A DNA stretch of 64,000 nucleotides. Origin: Kudoa neothunni. Lineage: Eukaryota; Animalia; Cnidaria. Below the pieces are notes generated by a model. It did not search any database. It was not told where the DNA came from and saw only the letters and a program-made list of their open reading frames with translations. Location: contig OZ199839.1 of NCBI GenBank assembly GCA_964304625.1, positions 2,697,023 through 2,761,022 of the forward strand. Reading direction: 5' to 3'. Shown here one piece after another: positions 1 through 13,911 of this stretch. Position 1 is the stretch's first letter. Every line of letters begins with the position of its first letter. The translations under genes were made by a program, and so were the position numbers.

Positions 1-350
1 ATCACATTTCTCAAAATAATTGGCATTAATAAAAACCCTCCCAGTTTTCGCTATCAACAGCAATATATTATAGCTGTGCTCACATGCTGCTGTAAGATCT
101 GACTGCGCTGTAAATGTTGTTTGTTGTGGATGAAGGAACTTCTCCAACAGTTTAATCCTAGCGCTTCGTTTCTCATTCAATAAATTTTCAAGTCTATGAA
201 CGGTCTCGTGATGCCTTTTGATATTTGATAACTTTAATAAAGCTACTATGGAATGAGATAGCAGACAAAAAATATTTATTCCTTATTGAGTAAAACAGTA
301 TTTGTTGTCTAGGATTTATCGAATTTATTGTTTTCATCACAAGCTTTCTT
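1..350 (-). mobile_element. hAT (SPIN/Charlie, GTF2IRD2-like) transposase N-terminal remnant, presumably within a V-ATPase A intron
   Basis: Minus-strand translation reads 'YCFTQ*GINIFCLLSHSIVALLKLSNIKRHHETVH...ACEHSYNILLIAKTGRVFINANYFEKC', resembling the BED-finger (C..C...NIKRHYETxH) and 'SYxxSxLIAK' blocks of this hAT group; contains a stop. Confidence 0.6.
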
Positions 351-1234
351 TTTCAAATATCGGTAGTCTTAATTTGGTAGTAAATCTAATTAAGCCATTT
401 TAAATTTGATATATACCTTACATGGACAAAATAGCTTGGTGGGAATAGGTGAAATGCATTTTAAATTGGCACGCAATATGTACCAACATATGTACCAACT
501 ACCAGCTCGAACAAATTTTTATTCTTAATGCCAAATTTCACTTTACTTCTTATTTATTTTACTTAATGAAAAGATTTTGAAAATCTTTAATTTTTCCGCA
601 CAATATAAATCTTTTTATTTGGCATCGTTTATGAGATGTATTTAATTAATTTTATTTAAATTAAATTTGAACACAGAATTAGCCTGATCAGAGGGGTTTC
701 TTAAGCATAGATCCATCGAGTATTAACTGCGATTTTCTTCACTCCGCGCACTTGAAAGAGTAATTAAAACTGACACACGAACTTCGACCAAAAGACGTGT
801 TCTCCGAATCAAAAGCTGAAGCGACTTGTAGCACTAAGTCTTCTTGTATATTTAGAAAGTTTGATTTTGATTTTGCATTAGTAACGGCTTGTATTTAACA
901 ATACAATAATAATTTATCAATGACATCATTGGATGTGTTCGATATCTAGATGAATCGCGGGAAGGTTAACAGTCAAATAATTTTTCATTTATTTTAAGGT
1001 GTTTCATAAATTTGAATTTAATTGGGTTTCATTGTGAGCCAGAGTTTACGCACTCCTGGTATATATATATATATATATAATTGGTTTTATCATCAAAAAC
1101 AAAATAAAATCATAGAAAGAACTAAAATAATTAGTCTAACTCATTTTAATAGTTATTGGTTATTGCGTAATAGTCATTTCTTTACATTCTCCCTTCGAGA
1201 TATTTATTGATAAATAAAATTAATATTTGGACAG

Positions 1235-1773
1235 TTTAGAGAAATTCTCCAAGAGGAAGAGGACCTGTCGGAAATTGTGCAACTAGTTGGAAAGGTAGAA
1301 ACAACTTATTTAATTTGATAATGAATGTGTTTAAATTGAATTAGGCTTCGTTGGCTGAAACCGATAAAATCACATTAGAAGTAGCCAAAATCATCAAAGA
1401 AGATTTTCTTCAACAAAACAGCTACACGCCATACGACAAATTTTGTCCTATATACAAAACTGTGGGAATGATGTCAAATATATGCCTTTTTTATGAACTT
1501 GCGAGAAAAGCTGTTGAAAGCACCAACAATCAAACTGATCAAAAAATTAGTTGGGCTGTGATTCGAGAACAAATGGGTACAACTATTCTATATGCTCTTA
1601 GTACGATGAAATTTAAAGTAATAATTGAGCCAATTCCAGCCTCATTCATCCAGGTTTTTTTCTAATGTATTTTGTAGAATCCTGAACTCGACAGCGAAGA
1701 AAAAATCCGTCACGAACTCAATGAACTAGCCGAACAAATGCAAACTGCATTCAGACAATTGATGGACTTTTAG
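1235..1773 (+). CDS. ATP6V1A: V-type proton ATPase catalytic subunit A, last three exons (5' part outside window)
   Basis: Exons 1235-1294, 1345-1617, 1678-1773 with GT-AG introns; spliced '[55 protein letters not shown]...[12 protein letters not shown]' is the conserved V-ATPase A C-terminus. Confidence 0.97.
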
Positions 1774-2825
1774 TAATACCTCATTGAGAAATGATATGAA
1801 CGTTTTGCTGCTATGGCAAAATTACGATTTTATATTTAGCGTTTTGTCGTTATTTTTCAACCATAAAGCGAATGAATTTTTTAGAAATATGTGCGCGCCG
1901 CTACAGCTACATACCTTAATTACAATACAGTATCGATTGTAATTAGCATACCAAATTCGTTTAATTTTAGTTTGTTTCATGAGATATTAAAAGTGCTGTT
2001 TTAATTATCCAACAATATAAGGTCAAAAAACTCCCATTAAATTTTTTTTAAATCATTTTATTGCAAGATAAGGCTAATAAATTGACTAAGCAAAATTATG
2101 TTAATGAGTAGAGAAACTGATTGGTCGATGGTTATTTGAAAAATGGAGATTTAGCGCTTTATCAGGCCTATAGTTCGTCGTTATTGTATGTGAACGTAAA
2201 TTAATTTATTTTAGCTTCTGTATATTATGTAAAGGAATTAATCTAGAATTTGTTTTATTATATATTTTGTTCAGAAATAACATAAAGATTATTATTATCA
2301 ACGTAATATCAATTTGTGGTAATACAAAGAATAACCGATAGCAAATAAACGCGCACGCATTTATTTTCCTTTATTATTCTTTGTGGATAGTAGAACTTTT
2401 TAAATATACACAACAAAAAAATATAGCGTGCGATTTTTTAGGAAGAGAAATTATCATTTCTTAAAATAATTTTGTTGATGTAATATATATTGTTAAAATA
2501 AGTTCAAATTTAATGAATGATTAGTTCAATGAAATTGCAAAAATAAATCTTTGTTATTTATTTTCTAGAACTTAATCAAAACAATTACTCTTATATATTT
2601 AAATCCTGCATTTATGAATCTTGTTTGGTTGACAACTGGAATAAGATCCTCCAGAAATATAATTTATTCTATTTAAATTTACATTAAATTGATTCTCTTC
2701 ATCAAATAATTGAAAAAACTGTTTACTTTAATCTAAGTATTTTTAATTAATTTTTATAAAATAGTTGTATTTTAATATTTTGACGAATCCAATTTGAATT
2801 TGAATAAACAAAAACAGCGACATTA

Positions 2826-4503
2826 CCGTATATACTCGAGTATAAGTCGCAGTCTTAAACCAAGAATTTATTAATGCTTAAACTTTTAACAATTTACAAA
2901 GTATATTTTAAATAGAATCTGATTATTTTAAGATTAACAAAGAAAATATTCATTATGCAAAGAATAAAATGATTATTTCAAAAAAATTAACAGACTGTTA
3001 ATATCCAGCGTCGTCATCATCATCCTCAGCCGACCAAAACTCATCCTCACCGAAGAGGCGTGCACTTTGTTCTAATGTCAAAGTATCGTCGTAAATTTCG
3101 TCTATCTTTTCTTCTGTAATACTGTGTACTTCGTCTTCAGTTACATTCATCGCATTAGAAATGTCACATTTTTTGGACGATTTTTGAATTATACTCGCGT
3201 CTATGGAGAGCCAAGAATCTTTTACCCATTTAGCTACCAATGTTAATGCAGGTCTCTTAAAATTTCCCGATGCCGTCTTTTCCGCCAATCCGTCTGACAT
3301 CTATTTGGTCCATTGATCGCGTACTTTACATTTGAATGGAAAATTTAAAGAAATTTCTAAAGGTTGTAATATTGAGGATAAGCCCGAAGGAATAACAGTA
3401 GTATCTGTTTTATAGTCGTTTTTGACACGTTGTTTGACATCATCAACGAGATGAGCTCGGAACATATCCCATACTAACAGACATGGGTTTTTATCCAAAT
3501 ATGAAGTCCTTACGCATCCATCCATCCTTTCTTGTGAACATGAATGACGACTCCAAGTGGGAATTATTCTTTTGGAAACGTTTTCCGTTTAAAAATTATC
3601 ATTAGAGGAAATTTATTTCCATCCGCCAAACCGGTTAAACCGACGATAAAGTGTGTTTTTTCGTGACCAGTAGTTCTAACCGTCACGGCTTTGGTTCCTA
3701 TGTTATTAACTGTCCGGTTACCAGGAGCATCAAAAAACGTAGGTGTTTCGTCCATGTTTCCACTTCCACTTCGACTAAGATCATAATTTCTCGTTTTTCT
3801 TATAACTATAACATATTTATGAGCGTTGATAATCTTGTCTTCCAAATCGGACGGAATTTTTTGGCAAATTTTGGTCCTTTGTCTGACAACTAAACCATGC
3901 CTGTTCACAAAATGCGTGAACCATCCAGCAGATGCTTTAAAGTTTGAGTCCTTTATAACATCTTTGGATTTTAAGCGAATCGCTCCACGCGGCACTACGT
4001 ATCCGCTTTGTCTCATTTCCTTTATCCAATTGATTAACTCTTCCTCTCCGCGGATAAATTTGGACTTTTTTCTCCTATTGGCTTTTTTTGAAACTGGCAT
4101 TTCCTCCAACTGCAGAAAAGATTTTCTCCAATCGCGTACTTGCCTTTTTCTAACTCCATTTTTATTAGCCGTAAGTCGATTGCTGTCGCATTTGATAGCA
4201 TATTTTGCAACTTTTAATTTGAATTTGGCGTCATAACAGTGTCTTTTTTTAATGGAACTCATTATCCTAACATAAGTGAAATACATATTAAATATCAAAA
4301 AATCAATCCAATCGTTTTAATTAAAAAAATATTTTTTTATATATAATGATAAAAGGTAGAACATAAACTTATTACGGATGATTTATATACTTTACAAACT
4401 ATGAGTCTAATTTTTACGTCGATGTCTCGTGTATAAGTCGCACGAGGTTTATGAAGTAGAGTATTTTGAAAATAAAGTGCTACCTATACACGAGTATATA
4501 CGG
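2826..4503 (-). mobile_element. Full-length pogo/Tc2-type DNA transposon, transposase inactivated
   Basis: 26-bp TIRs (ccgtatatactcgagtataagtcgca / tgctacctatacacgagtatatacgg, 3 mismatches), TA on both flanks, subterminal TIR copy at 4426-4442. ORFs 3564-4298, 3301-3525, 2998-3300 give Brinker-like DBD (YDAKFKLKV), CENP-B HTH (FKASAGWF), DDE_1 (NMDETP, LVWDMFRAH, LQPLE); frameshift near 3560 and a TAG at 3301. Confidence 0.93.
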
Positions 4504-4739
4504 TAGATGGAGAAAAATGTTCGAAACGTAAACATTTCAATTTTCTTAGAGGGTTATCGTATCAGTAAGTGAGTCATTATTCCGAAATTAAATTTTAACA
4601 TTAACGTTGGAATATTATAATTAAATTATACGAGTTTTAGGCTTATACATCGATATGTAATTATCTTCACGTATTTCAACAATTAACAAAATGAGAAATA
4701 AAATAAGCGAAAAATTCTTCTGTATGGTTTACCCTAGTA

Positions 4740-5587
4740 CAATGCAACCTCGGAGTTCAACCAAAAATTTTGAGCCAGAAAAGCTATTGATTTCGAACAC
4801 ATATAGAAAGGATATTCAGAAAAAATCCAGTTGGAGTAAAAAACAGTTTTTTTGTTTACAAAGTTAAATTCCTGCCTCAACTAGTTAGGTTGTGAAGTTC
4901 GGCTGGTTAGACCTTCTCCATTCACGCTGTAGGAACCGCTGCGGCAGATTACCGCGACTTATGTTTATGCGGTGATATGGGATTTTAACCCAAAAAATAT
5001 CATCGTTTCGGAGCAACCACCACCCCAACCATACCCTGGACAAACCCAAAATTATTCTGGTAAAGTCTTCTAAATGGGGACTTTGGCTCTATGGAAACCC
5101 CCTCTGAGTTTTATTTCGTTCCTGTACCCCGACGTTTATGGGTTTATGAGCGCCCGAGTTCTACCCTTCCGCCAGACTCCTCTCCCAGCTGCGAGCAAGA
5201 CCACGATAAACCGTAGATCCTTGCGATCAGATTACTACAGCCTTCCTACTTAATTTCGAATTAGGAGTACAGGGAAGCCTGGACTAGGCCTCGAATTCAC
5301 AACCTCAAATTATGCGAACATCATTGAAAGAGAACCACTCGTAATCTATCGTATGACAGCCCAAAAAATATTCATCCCTTATTTCATTCTTATCATTATA
5401 TTTTATATTTGTTATATTTTATAAACACAAGACATGCTTGTTTTTTTAATAAATACGAATAAAAATAGTCATTTATTGAGGAGCGGTAACGGATCAAACT
5501 AATTTTGAATATTTTGCATTGGAAAAATCATTCGGAGTTCGAACACACTTCTAGAACGGATTATGGTCGAAGTCCGAGGTTGCACTT
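4740..5587. mobile_element. Tigger-like non-autonomous element (MITE) carrying a nested SINE
   Basis: Imperfect TIRs caatgcaacctcggagttcaacca / tggtcgaagtccgaggttgcactt, each flanked by TA; no ORF. Confidence 0.7.
4846..5320 (-). mobile_element. tRNA-derived SINE, long copy
   Basis: GC-rich island. Minus strand has a B-box-like ggttgtgaattcgaggcc (5287-5304), a body homologous to 33085-33190, and an A-rich end near 4850. Confidence 0.7.
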
Positions 5588-5888
5588 TATGTATCATTTC
5601 GAATTGTCTCCTGAGCGCTCCAGTTAATATTTTTATTTCAATCAGAAGATTATTAGCTATAAATTCAGATCACATAATAATAGGAGGCACTTTAAATCAG
5701 ATTATCGCTAAAATGGCACGCTCATCCCTTTGAACAACTTCAATTGAAATCATAGCATATAACGATGATATTTAGAATAATCGAATAAACAGAGGATATT
5801 TTCACACAATTTCAATCGCATAAAATACTATTAATTTAGGCGTCCAAATAAAGACTATTTTAAACAACTGACACCAACAAAAACTAAT

Positions 5889-6437
5889 CTAGATTGCGGT
5901 TATTTTTTTGCATGCTTATTTTTTCTTTCGGTTGCAGCAAGGACACGACATTGTTTCTTGATGACTCTTGAACGCTAAAAAATTATTAATCTTTCACACA
6001 CTGACCGACCAACAACTAGGCTGAAGTTACCAATCTTTTAAGATGTTGAACCTTGAATCTTTCGAAATCATTGAGAGAGCTTCTAATAGCTCTAGCAGCT
6101 TGATGCTTAGCCCAGCTGGTTTCAGCCCATTTCTTCTCAATCTCGGCTTTATCAAAGGCTTCCTTGACAATTCTGGAAGGGGAATGATGGCATATTTTAA
6201 CATTAAACTTTGTCAGTCGGATGGTTCTAATATTGACGCTTTGTCTTGGAACACCGGTGCTGGGACCATCGATGAGAACCCACTTTTGAGAAATTGGGTT
6301 CACAATAACGGCCAATTTTCCCCTAAACTTGCCGTCCTCAATATGAACAACTTTTCCAATCTCTACTTGATTTTTAAATGTAACCTAAACAAATATATCA
6401 GTGAAAGAGTGAATTTTACAGAACCATGTCGTACCAT
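5889..6437 (-). CDS. RPL14: 60S ribosomal protein L14 (eL14)
   Basis: Exons 6437-6435 (ATG only), 6384-6031, 5974-5889; 'MVTFKNQVEIGKVVHI..GKFRGKLAVIV..VLIDGP..GVPRQ..LNDFERFKV'. Confidence 0.96.
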
Positions 6438-6799
6438 CGAATGAGTCGTCAAAAGCGTGTGTCGCCCGAATTCGCACGACATCTAACCGAGAATATGAAT
6501 TGATGTTGTCTACCTAATTCTTAATTTTCTGATTTATATTTTGAATTTTTCTAATTATTATGTAATAGAAATATAAAATTATATATCTTGATTATTTTTG
6601 AGAGAATTAATTCGTTTACGTCGTCTAAAACGTATTTACTTAATTATAGAATTGAATAAATAACGTCATTCCTCGAAATTATTAAAAATATTAAATTTCA
6701 TTAATTTATAATTGTGAGAAACAAATTCCAATCCCAGGCACTTCCAGGTTTTTCAGTAATGCGTGCGCTATTTATTGCAAACATTAAAACTAGTACTGC

Positions 6800-7400
6800 C
6801 TAACTAAATGAAACCTCTAGCCATTTTTTTCGGGAAGAATCATAATTGTTTGTTAATGGCATAGTGATATTTACTTATACAGAAAAATTTATAAGTGGCT
6901 CAGAAAATTCAATGTTATGACTTTATTTGGTTTGTGTTGACAACTTCCCGCATTTGAGTAACAACATCCAGTAAAGAGCACATTCTGTTGCTTATGAACG
7001 TTTTGATAGTTCAAGCGGAAGAAAATATTCTTTCAGGAATAGCGTAACAAAAAAATAGTTAAAATAGAGATGTGCAATATTTTCCGATGGAATCAAAACT
7101 ATGTTTCTGGTAAACAACGCTCCAAATGCGGTCGAATCAAATCTAATCTTGTGACATCATCACTTCATGGATATTTATTGTATTCAACTTCAATAAATAA
7201 GATTTATTTTTGATCAACATTTTCAGTTTCAATGAGTTTCTTGACAACGCATAGAGTATGGAATTGTGGTTTCATATTAGAATTAAATATACAACTCAGT
7301 TTTTGAAAAATAGGTGTTTTGATTAATTCAACAATTTTTCTAGATACCGCCTAGCCATAATATTGCTTGCTAGTTCAGGAATTAATTGAATAAATATTTA
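6800..7400 (-). mobile_element. Degenerate non-LTR retrotransposon (CR1/L2-like) ORF2 3' remnant
   Basis: Minus-strand peptides 'LIRPHLERC' (near 7120) and 'LIPELASN..YLEKLLN' (near 7350) resemble the 'LIRPHLEYC' and 'KLIPELxxLSYEERL' blocks that follow LINE RT domains; heavily decayed. Confidence 0.35.
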
Positions 7401-7679
7401 ACAGTAATCAATTTCATTAACATGCATAGGTAAGTTTAAATATAATATATTAAATCATCTATTATTTTATTAACAGATTTACCTCCTCTATTGCAATCAT
7501 TAGGTAAATAAACTTTATTTGAACAAGAATGCTTTCGCTCGACGAGCTTTACAATAGGAGATATGAACCAAATAAAAAAGTAACATTACAGTTTATGTTC
7601 ACGATGATTTTTATGTTATTGAAAAATAATTGTAAGACATTGAATAAGATCCCAATTACCAAAGAACCGCTTAATTATA

Positions 7680-10600
7680 GACAGTGGCTATTGACACGAC
7701 AATTAATTTCTCCAAAATTACTATTAATTCAAGTCTGAAATTTTAAATATTGTTTTAACATACTGTTTTATATTAAATAATGGAATTTGATCAAAAAAGT
7801 TGTTCATCTAATTTTGGGTTTTTATGACAACATTTTCACTTAATTCAACTAATAAATAATATATAAATTATTTATTTTTACATATTTTATTACATAGAGC
7901 TATAATGTATGTTTTGAAGTAAAATTTGAAAGAATATCTTCTTTGTAACATTAGAAATGAACGGATTACATTTAAGTCGTGATATCGACAAAGTTGAATT
8001 CTAGCGTTGCAAAGTTAACAATAAATATAGCAAAACATTCGTAATCAATATGAAAGTTAACAATCTACTTTAATATAATTAAATTAATTAGAATTTTTAT
8101 TTAATTTGGCGGAGACTTTTCCTTTTTCGTTGCTCTTAATTGCTGTCAAGCCGTAACCTTTAGGCTTCCCAACTACCTTAACTTTCCTAGGAAGTGTAAG
8201 ATCTAAACGTAATAATATTTTCTACATTAAGTTATACATCTTTTAATTCTGGAGGGTTTATTGATTCTCTGTTTTCGACATCAGTTATGTCCGGATTAGG
8301 GGCGGTTCCAATTACATCCTTTTCAAGCGGCTCAGGTGGAGGTGTATCCTTTATTTGCGGAATTTCAACAAGACTACTTTCTAATTAAACAAATTTGCCA
8401 TGTTTTCATAACTTAAACCTATGCTATACCTGAGGAAATTGGTGCAATGAAGTCAACGTCACTATCATACCCATCAATACCTGCCTCTAAGAGTGTGCCA
8501 AACTCTAAATTAAATCATAGTTTTCAAACATAGAAACGTTTTACCTATCAATTTCTTCAAACCCGCCAGATTATGATTTTTAATAATGTTTTCACCCACT
8601 TTGAATAATTTGATGCAGTGATCGAATATATTCCCCGCGATACTCAGCAGAAGACGAGGATAATTTATTGGTATATACATTAGCCAACTTCATGCGTTTG
8701 GAAAAAGTGGTTATAATATCATGTTGCTTTTTTTATAACAATACCATTTGGGATGATGTTTTGAGTTGAGTCATTTTTAGTTTTGACAAAATTTGATATA
8801 TGTTCTTTGTTCCATCTGGGATGATATATATGTGGGTCAAACAATGGTAATAATAATTTTGATCTTTGTGTCAGAATGTGTTGGCAAGGTAGCTCATAAG
8901 ATCGATAAAACTTACATGTACAAAAATTGATAGTAGAATTATAATTTAATCCACAATCAAATTTTGTTTCCATCTTTCTCAATTCTATAATTACAAGTTT
9001 ACAGGAGAAGGAAGTTAAGTGATCCCAATACTTTTTTTCAACCTCATTTTCAATATTCCTATAGGATGTCTTAGATAATTCGGTCACTATACGGCAAATT
9101 TTTTCTGTTCTGAATGAATTCAAAAGAATAAAGAATTTTTTATCGCGCTCTTCACTTTTGAATTAAAAGCTTCTAGTCGATTATTTGTTAAATTATTGTA
9201 AGTGTCAAGCTTTACTGAATGATATGATCCATTGTAATTTATTGGATCCCAATTTTTCTTGAAATAGATATTGAAATCCAAAATATTATAACTATAGAGC
9301 TCATCACATAAGTTTTCATATTCCACTACATTTTTAGTATGCATCATTTTTTAAGGGTGAATAACATGGATTCTTTTGTTTCATTATTAATATTATAATT
9401 CGTAAATTTTAACTCTCGTTGAAAAATCTGTATAACGTGAAATTTACAAATAAACATTTCGGCATTGGAAAAATGATTCTTCATAAATTTTCGAAGCTTT
9501 AAATCCTTATCAGTAACAATCGAGAGGATTTTTTCCTTTATCCAAGGAACAATTGAAATCAGTTCATTAATGTACCAGTCAACTACTACTTTAGTCTCCT
9601 CAAATATTATACATGCACTATTTAGATGTGTCAAACCCATAGAGTCTTCAGAAACCGTCAGGTACAAGGGGGCCCTAAAGTTAGAATATATAGATAACTT
9701 TAATATCTTAAAATAATAAAAATAACCGCGAATCAAGTAATTTGTAGGTTGCGTCAATTGACAGATATTCGTGGATGAAAAAACATCCTTCATTTTTTCA
9801 TCCACGAATAGAATTGCACTAACTTTGTTTGTTTCACCTGCTAGTATTCTAACATCACAATTATAATCTTCCTTTACTAATTTATAAACGAAGTTCATAT
9901 CAATCTTCTGCGTGGATAGATTTTTTTTAATATTATATATAGACTTCAATGTTATCATTTTACCGGTTTCTTGTTGTATTTTGGATTGAATCAATTTTTT
10001 GTTGGCGCACAAAGAAACTAGTTCCAATACCCTTTGATCATTACGATCCAATTTTCGTTGTGGAGGCAAAAATTTAAAAAAAGTTGGGTTGGTTTCATGA
10101 TTGTGGCTTAAATTGAGTGATTTTACTTCGAGCATTTTTCCGTCTGAACTTACTCTTAGTGATACATGAACAGGACAGGTGCCTTTCATGGTTTATTTTT
10201 CTCGAATACCCTTTGATCTGTCTTCATATTGGTCACTAAAATAACAAACATATTTGATGGAGTAGTAATTTAAGTTTTCGTTGAATTTTTTGGTGAGGAC
10301 TCGCTTTAGGTTTGATAGTTTTTTTGAGTCACGCTTAATCAAGACACAGCATGATTGCTGTTCAAAATTATGTGTAAACTCTTCTAATTGCGTAAAAGAG
10401 TCAAATTTTTTACCTACTTCAAATAAATCAATATCGGTTCTATTTGCCATTTTCCATATATGCGCCGCAAATATTTTACTTTAATTTTACAAATTTTCTA
10501 ATTCAAATTATTATTAATCAATATTTACCTAATATATGTTTATATGAGACAAGTGTAACAATTTTGACTTTCTGCCTTTCTTGAAATTAAACTTAATTTT

Positions 10601-10792
10601 CCCAATATTATTAATGGAAAAGTCAATAAAAAAATTTTGTAACATAAATAGATGTTTTAGGAGATCAATATATTTTAAAACAATATATAAAATTTCAGAC
10701 TTGAATTAATAGTAATTTTGGAGAAATTAATTGTCGTGTCAATGGACAGTCCCGGCAAGGGATTATACGCTAGCGTGTCAATAGCCACTGCC
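7680..10792 (-). mobile_element. Complete Mutator-like element (MULE) with intron-containing SWIM-finger transposase pseudogene
   Basis: About 80-bp TIRs (from 7680; to 10792) and exact 9-bp TSD TTAATTATA (7671-7679, 10793-10801). Peptides include FAR1-like 'CPVHVSLRV..HNHE', 'IDATYKL' (frameshifted), 'IVTDKD..ICKFHVIQ', 'TNNRLEAFN', SWIM 'CTCKFYRSYELPCQHI' and C-terminal 'LPRKVKVVGKPKG'. Carries an in-frame stop (10193) and frameshifts. Confidence 0.93.
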
Positions 10793-13700
10793 TTAATTAT
10801 ATCATTTTTGGATTGTCATGTTGTTCTACTGTCTAACATGAAAATAAGATTTACACATTGTAACTCAATGATTGTTTGCTCTACAAAATTCCTAATAATT
10901 GATAATATAATTTTCTCTTTTTGTTTTTTATAGGCCATTTTAGATTTTTTCGTAATACAAATCATGTAATGAGAAAATACCAAGAATACTTCTTGGGCAA
11001 CCTTCTCAAGCGAATATCAAATAAACGTAAACCGAATTACGTTAATACTCTTACAAAATATTCGAGTAAAAACACTGTCATGTTTTCTTGCAATAAATCA
11101 CCTCCATAAGATCCATATTAAATTAAATTATTACAGTTAAACACAAAATACATAATTATTCATTCTTCAATTCGTTGAAAATTGTTTTTGTGTCATTTTT
11201 TATTTAAATAATTGTGTTACAGCCTTTTGTTTGACGTTCGTATAAAAAATTATACCTAAATGAGATTTCATCTCCATGTAGGACCATTTATCCATGAAAA
11301 ATACAAATAATCAGTAAATTAGATAATTGTTATTTAATTTTATTTGTATATCAATAAATTTAAAACAAGCTTAACATTGGATACGACCAACATCGAATTA
11401 TTTTCCAGAACTTAAGCATTGAGAATGTCAAAATGCATAACACGCTTCGACAAAATTTCAAAATAATTCGCAGTCATGATGAGACTGTACATCATCATTT
11501 TTACTGATGAAAAAGTCAAAAATAATAATCTCAATTAAAACATAATATTCTAAAATGTATTAATTTTCATAAACTTTTGCCAAATTTTTTCGATCTGAAT
11601 TTCTATATTATTTTGCTTTCAGGAATAAATTATTAAAAAGTATAATTTTACTTTAATTTACGTAAATTTATGCTGAAAGTATTTTAATTACAAATAAAAC
11701 ATCGCACAAATTATAAAAAAATTTTTTGAAGATTTCTCTTGAATACAAAAACACGTTTATGTTTCCATTTTTTAGAATCTGCGATATTTTCATGTTTTGG
11801 GAACATTATTTTTCGATTATGCAATTTAAAAAAGACAAGAGTGCCAAAATCCGACCAAAAATGATATTCGTTGAAAATCGGTAATAATCGTCATCTTGGG
11901 TTTATATCAATCATCACTATCTTATTCTTTTTAAAAACGCCATTTCTTAAATTCAAAAGATAGAACTAAAAATTTACTGACTTATCCACCCTAATATACC
12001 ATAAAATAATATAAAAATATTATAAGCTACATGTCACGATTAAAAGAGCCCAAACATAGTCTGACGCTATTATCACTGAGATAAAGTGAGGATATGTTTA
12101 ATAAGTGGGGATAAAGATCGGTTCGATGACTGAACTCTAGTATAGGCCCCCAATCTGACGCCACCATATTCAGAGAAACGTATGCTTCTTCCGTTGAGAA
12201 AATTGTACACCATTTTCTAATTAAAAAGGACCATTTCTTAGTTATTTTAAATTAAGTTAAACAGAACGGCAATTCTGGGGCGTATTGTTCCCATTTTTAG
12301 CGCTTTTCATTGTTTTCGTCGAAAGTGGTCGCAAAAATCTTTTTTGCTCTTCTCACTTGAAGCGAATCAAAATTTGTCCCAAAATGTTAAAAATAAATTC
12401 TTCACATAATCTCATATACGATGGTGAATTCAACAATATGATCCTCATTGTGCATTGATGGAGTAGGGGACCTATTCTAACTGAGATCCTGGTCCGGTTT
12501 TTGGCAAAACTGAAACCGACTTTAAAAATCTATTTTTTAATTAATGCAAGTTTACTTCTATCATCAATTGATGTAGGATTCTAAACAAGAAACGACTAAA
12601 TAAAGTTTTCAATCCAGCACATTTTTATATATTTTTTGCGTGCAAAAGACTTAACATTGATAATTAAAAGAATTATTTACAAAACCGAAAGCTGTTTTAG
12701 AAAGAAATAAGCCCTATCAATGAGTATTGTATGATAAAGAACTTAGTGAAAGTTCTAAATCAACAAATTCAATAAATTTTCGGATGTTGAAACTCTGCTG
12801 ATGAAATAAATAATTATCATGAAAAATAGGCCAATAGAAGCCATAATATCACATCGAATTTTGGCAATCAATAAAAACACGCTTACCACAAGACCCACGT
12901 GAATATTGTATTTCGTAAATACACACCTTCTTCAATGCGCAGAATTACGAATACCACAAGATAAGAGTTGGATTCGATCCGAATTATTAGAACTGTTAAT
13001 TTGATGTAACGCCGTAAATCAATTCCAAGCTCATGTCTAATTCGGTTAAAGCACTGGCTATTGACACGGAAGTTTTTAATCCATACTGACTACTCCGCTT
13101 GCGCAATGTCCATTATTAATCCCAGTTACTCCCACTTATAGTTGATTTATAAAATGTATTTTTTAAAATCTGCTGTATCTAATTGTTTTTAGCTCATCGC
13201 TACCGCTCTAAGAGGCCAAAGATAATTAAATACACTCAAAACTATACCCACCTGGATGTTACGATCCGAGTCAATGACCATTTCCTTCGGCGGGGAATTG
13301 CTTATGATGAACCTGTTGGATTATAAAAGTATACAAGACTTGATTGTTTATATTCAAACTCATAAATTATTTCTAAATAAAAATTTTTATTAACAATCCA
13401 AAAAAAGCAAATTTAATTCGAAAACTATTAGGTGATATTTCAGACAACGTAATTCCTTCTAAGATAATCATGGATTGTTAACAAATTATTTAAATATTAA
13501 TAATCGATCGTTTTGACACAATTACCAACGAACAGAAATATTTTAATTAAACGCAACTTAATTTGTCGTAATCTTAACTGAATCACAATACAGATAATTC
13601 ACACTCACGTCATATTTTAATTACAGGTATTAAAATCAAGATTAAGGTTGACTATTTAATATTAACGATGGATCCGGACTCATACGTGCTCATTTCTTCA

Positions 13701-13911
13701 ACCTACTTAAAACAACACTAATAATTATTTGAAGCCTGAAAATATTTTTTTTAAAATAAATATCGAATAACTAAAAATTAGTTATATCGCCTTAGGAAAT
13801 AGTTTCAATATCGTGGTAATCAATTCAATGTGATTATAAATAAAAATGGGAATACTTTTACTCGGAAGAATTCGGCAATTCTCATCAAAAGTCGCCCACA
13901 TTTGAACGTAC

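Noticed and set aside
3301-10195. In-frame stops between consecutive transposase ORFs (TAG at 3301, TAA at 10193) suggesting read-through or an alternative genetic code
   Set aside because: Both elements also carry frameshifts; the TAG sits where TGG (Trp) is expected; host genes use TAA, TAG and TGA as normal stops.
13861-13880. Heat-shock element upstream of HSF (autoregulation)
   Set aside because: ggaagaattcgg lacks correct nGAAnnTTCn spacing and has no third unit.
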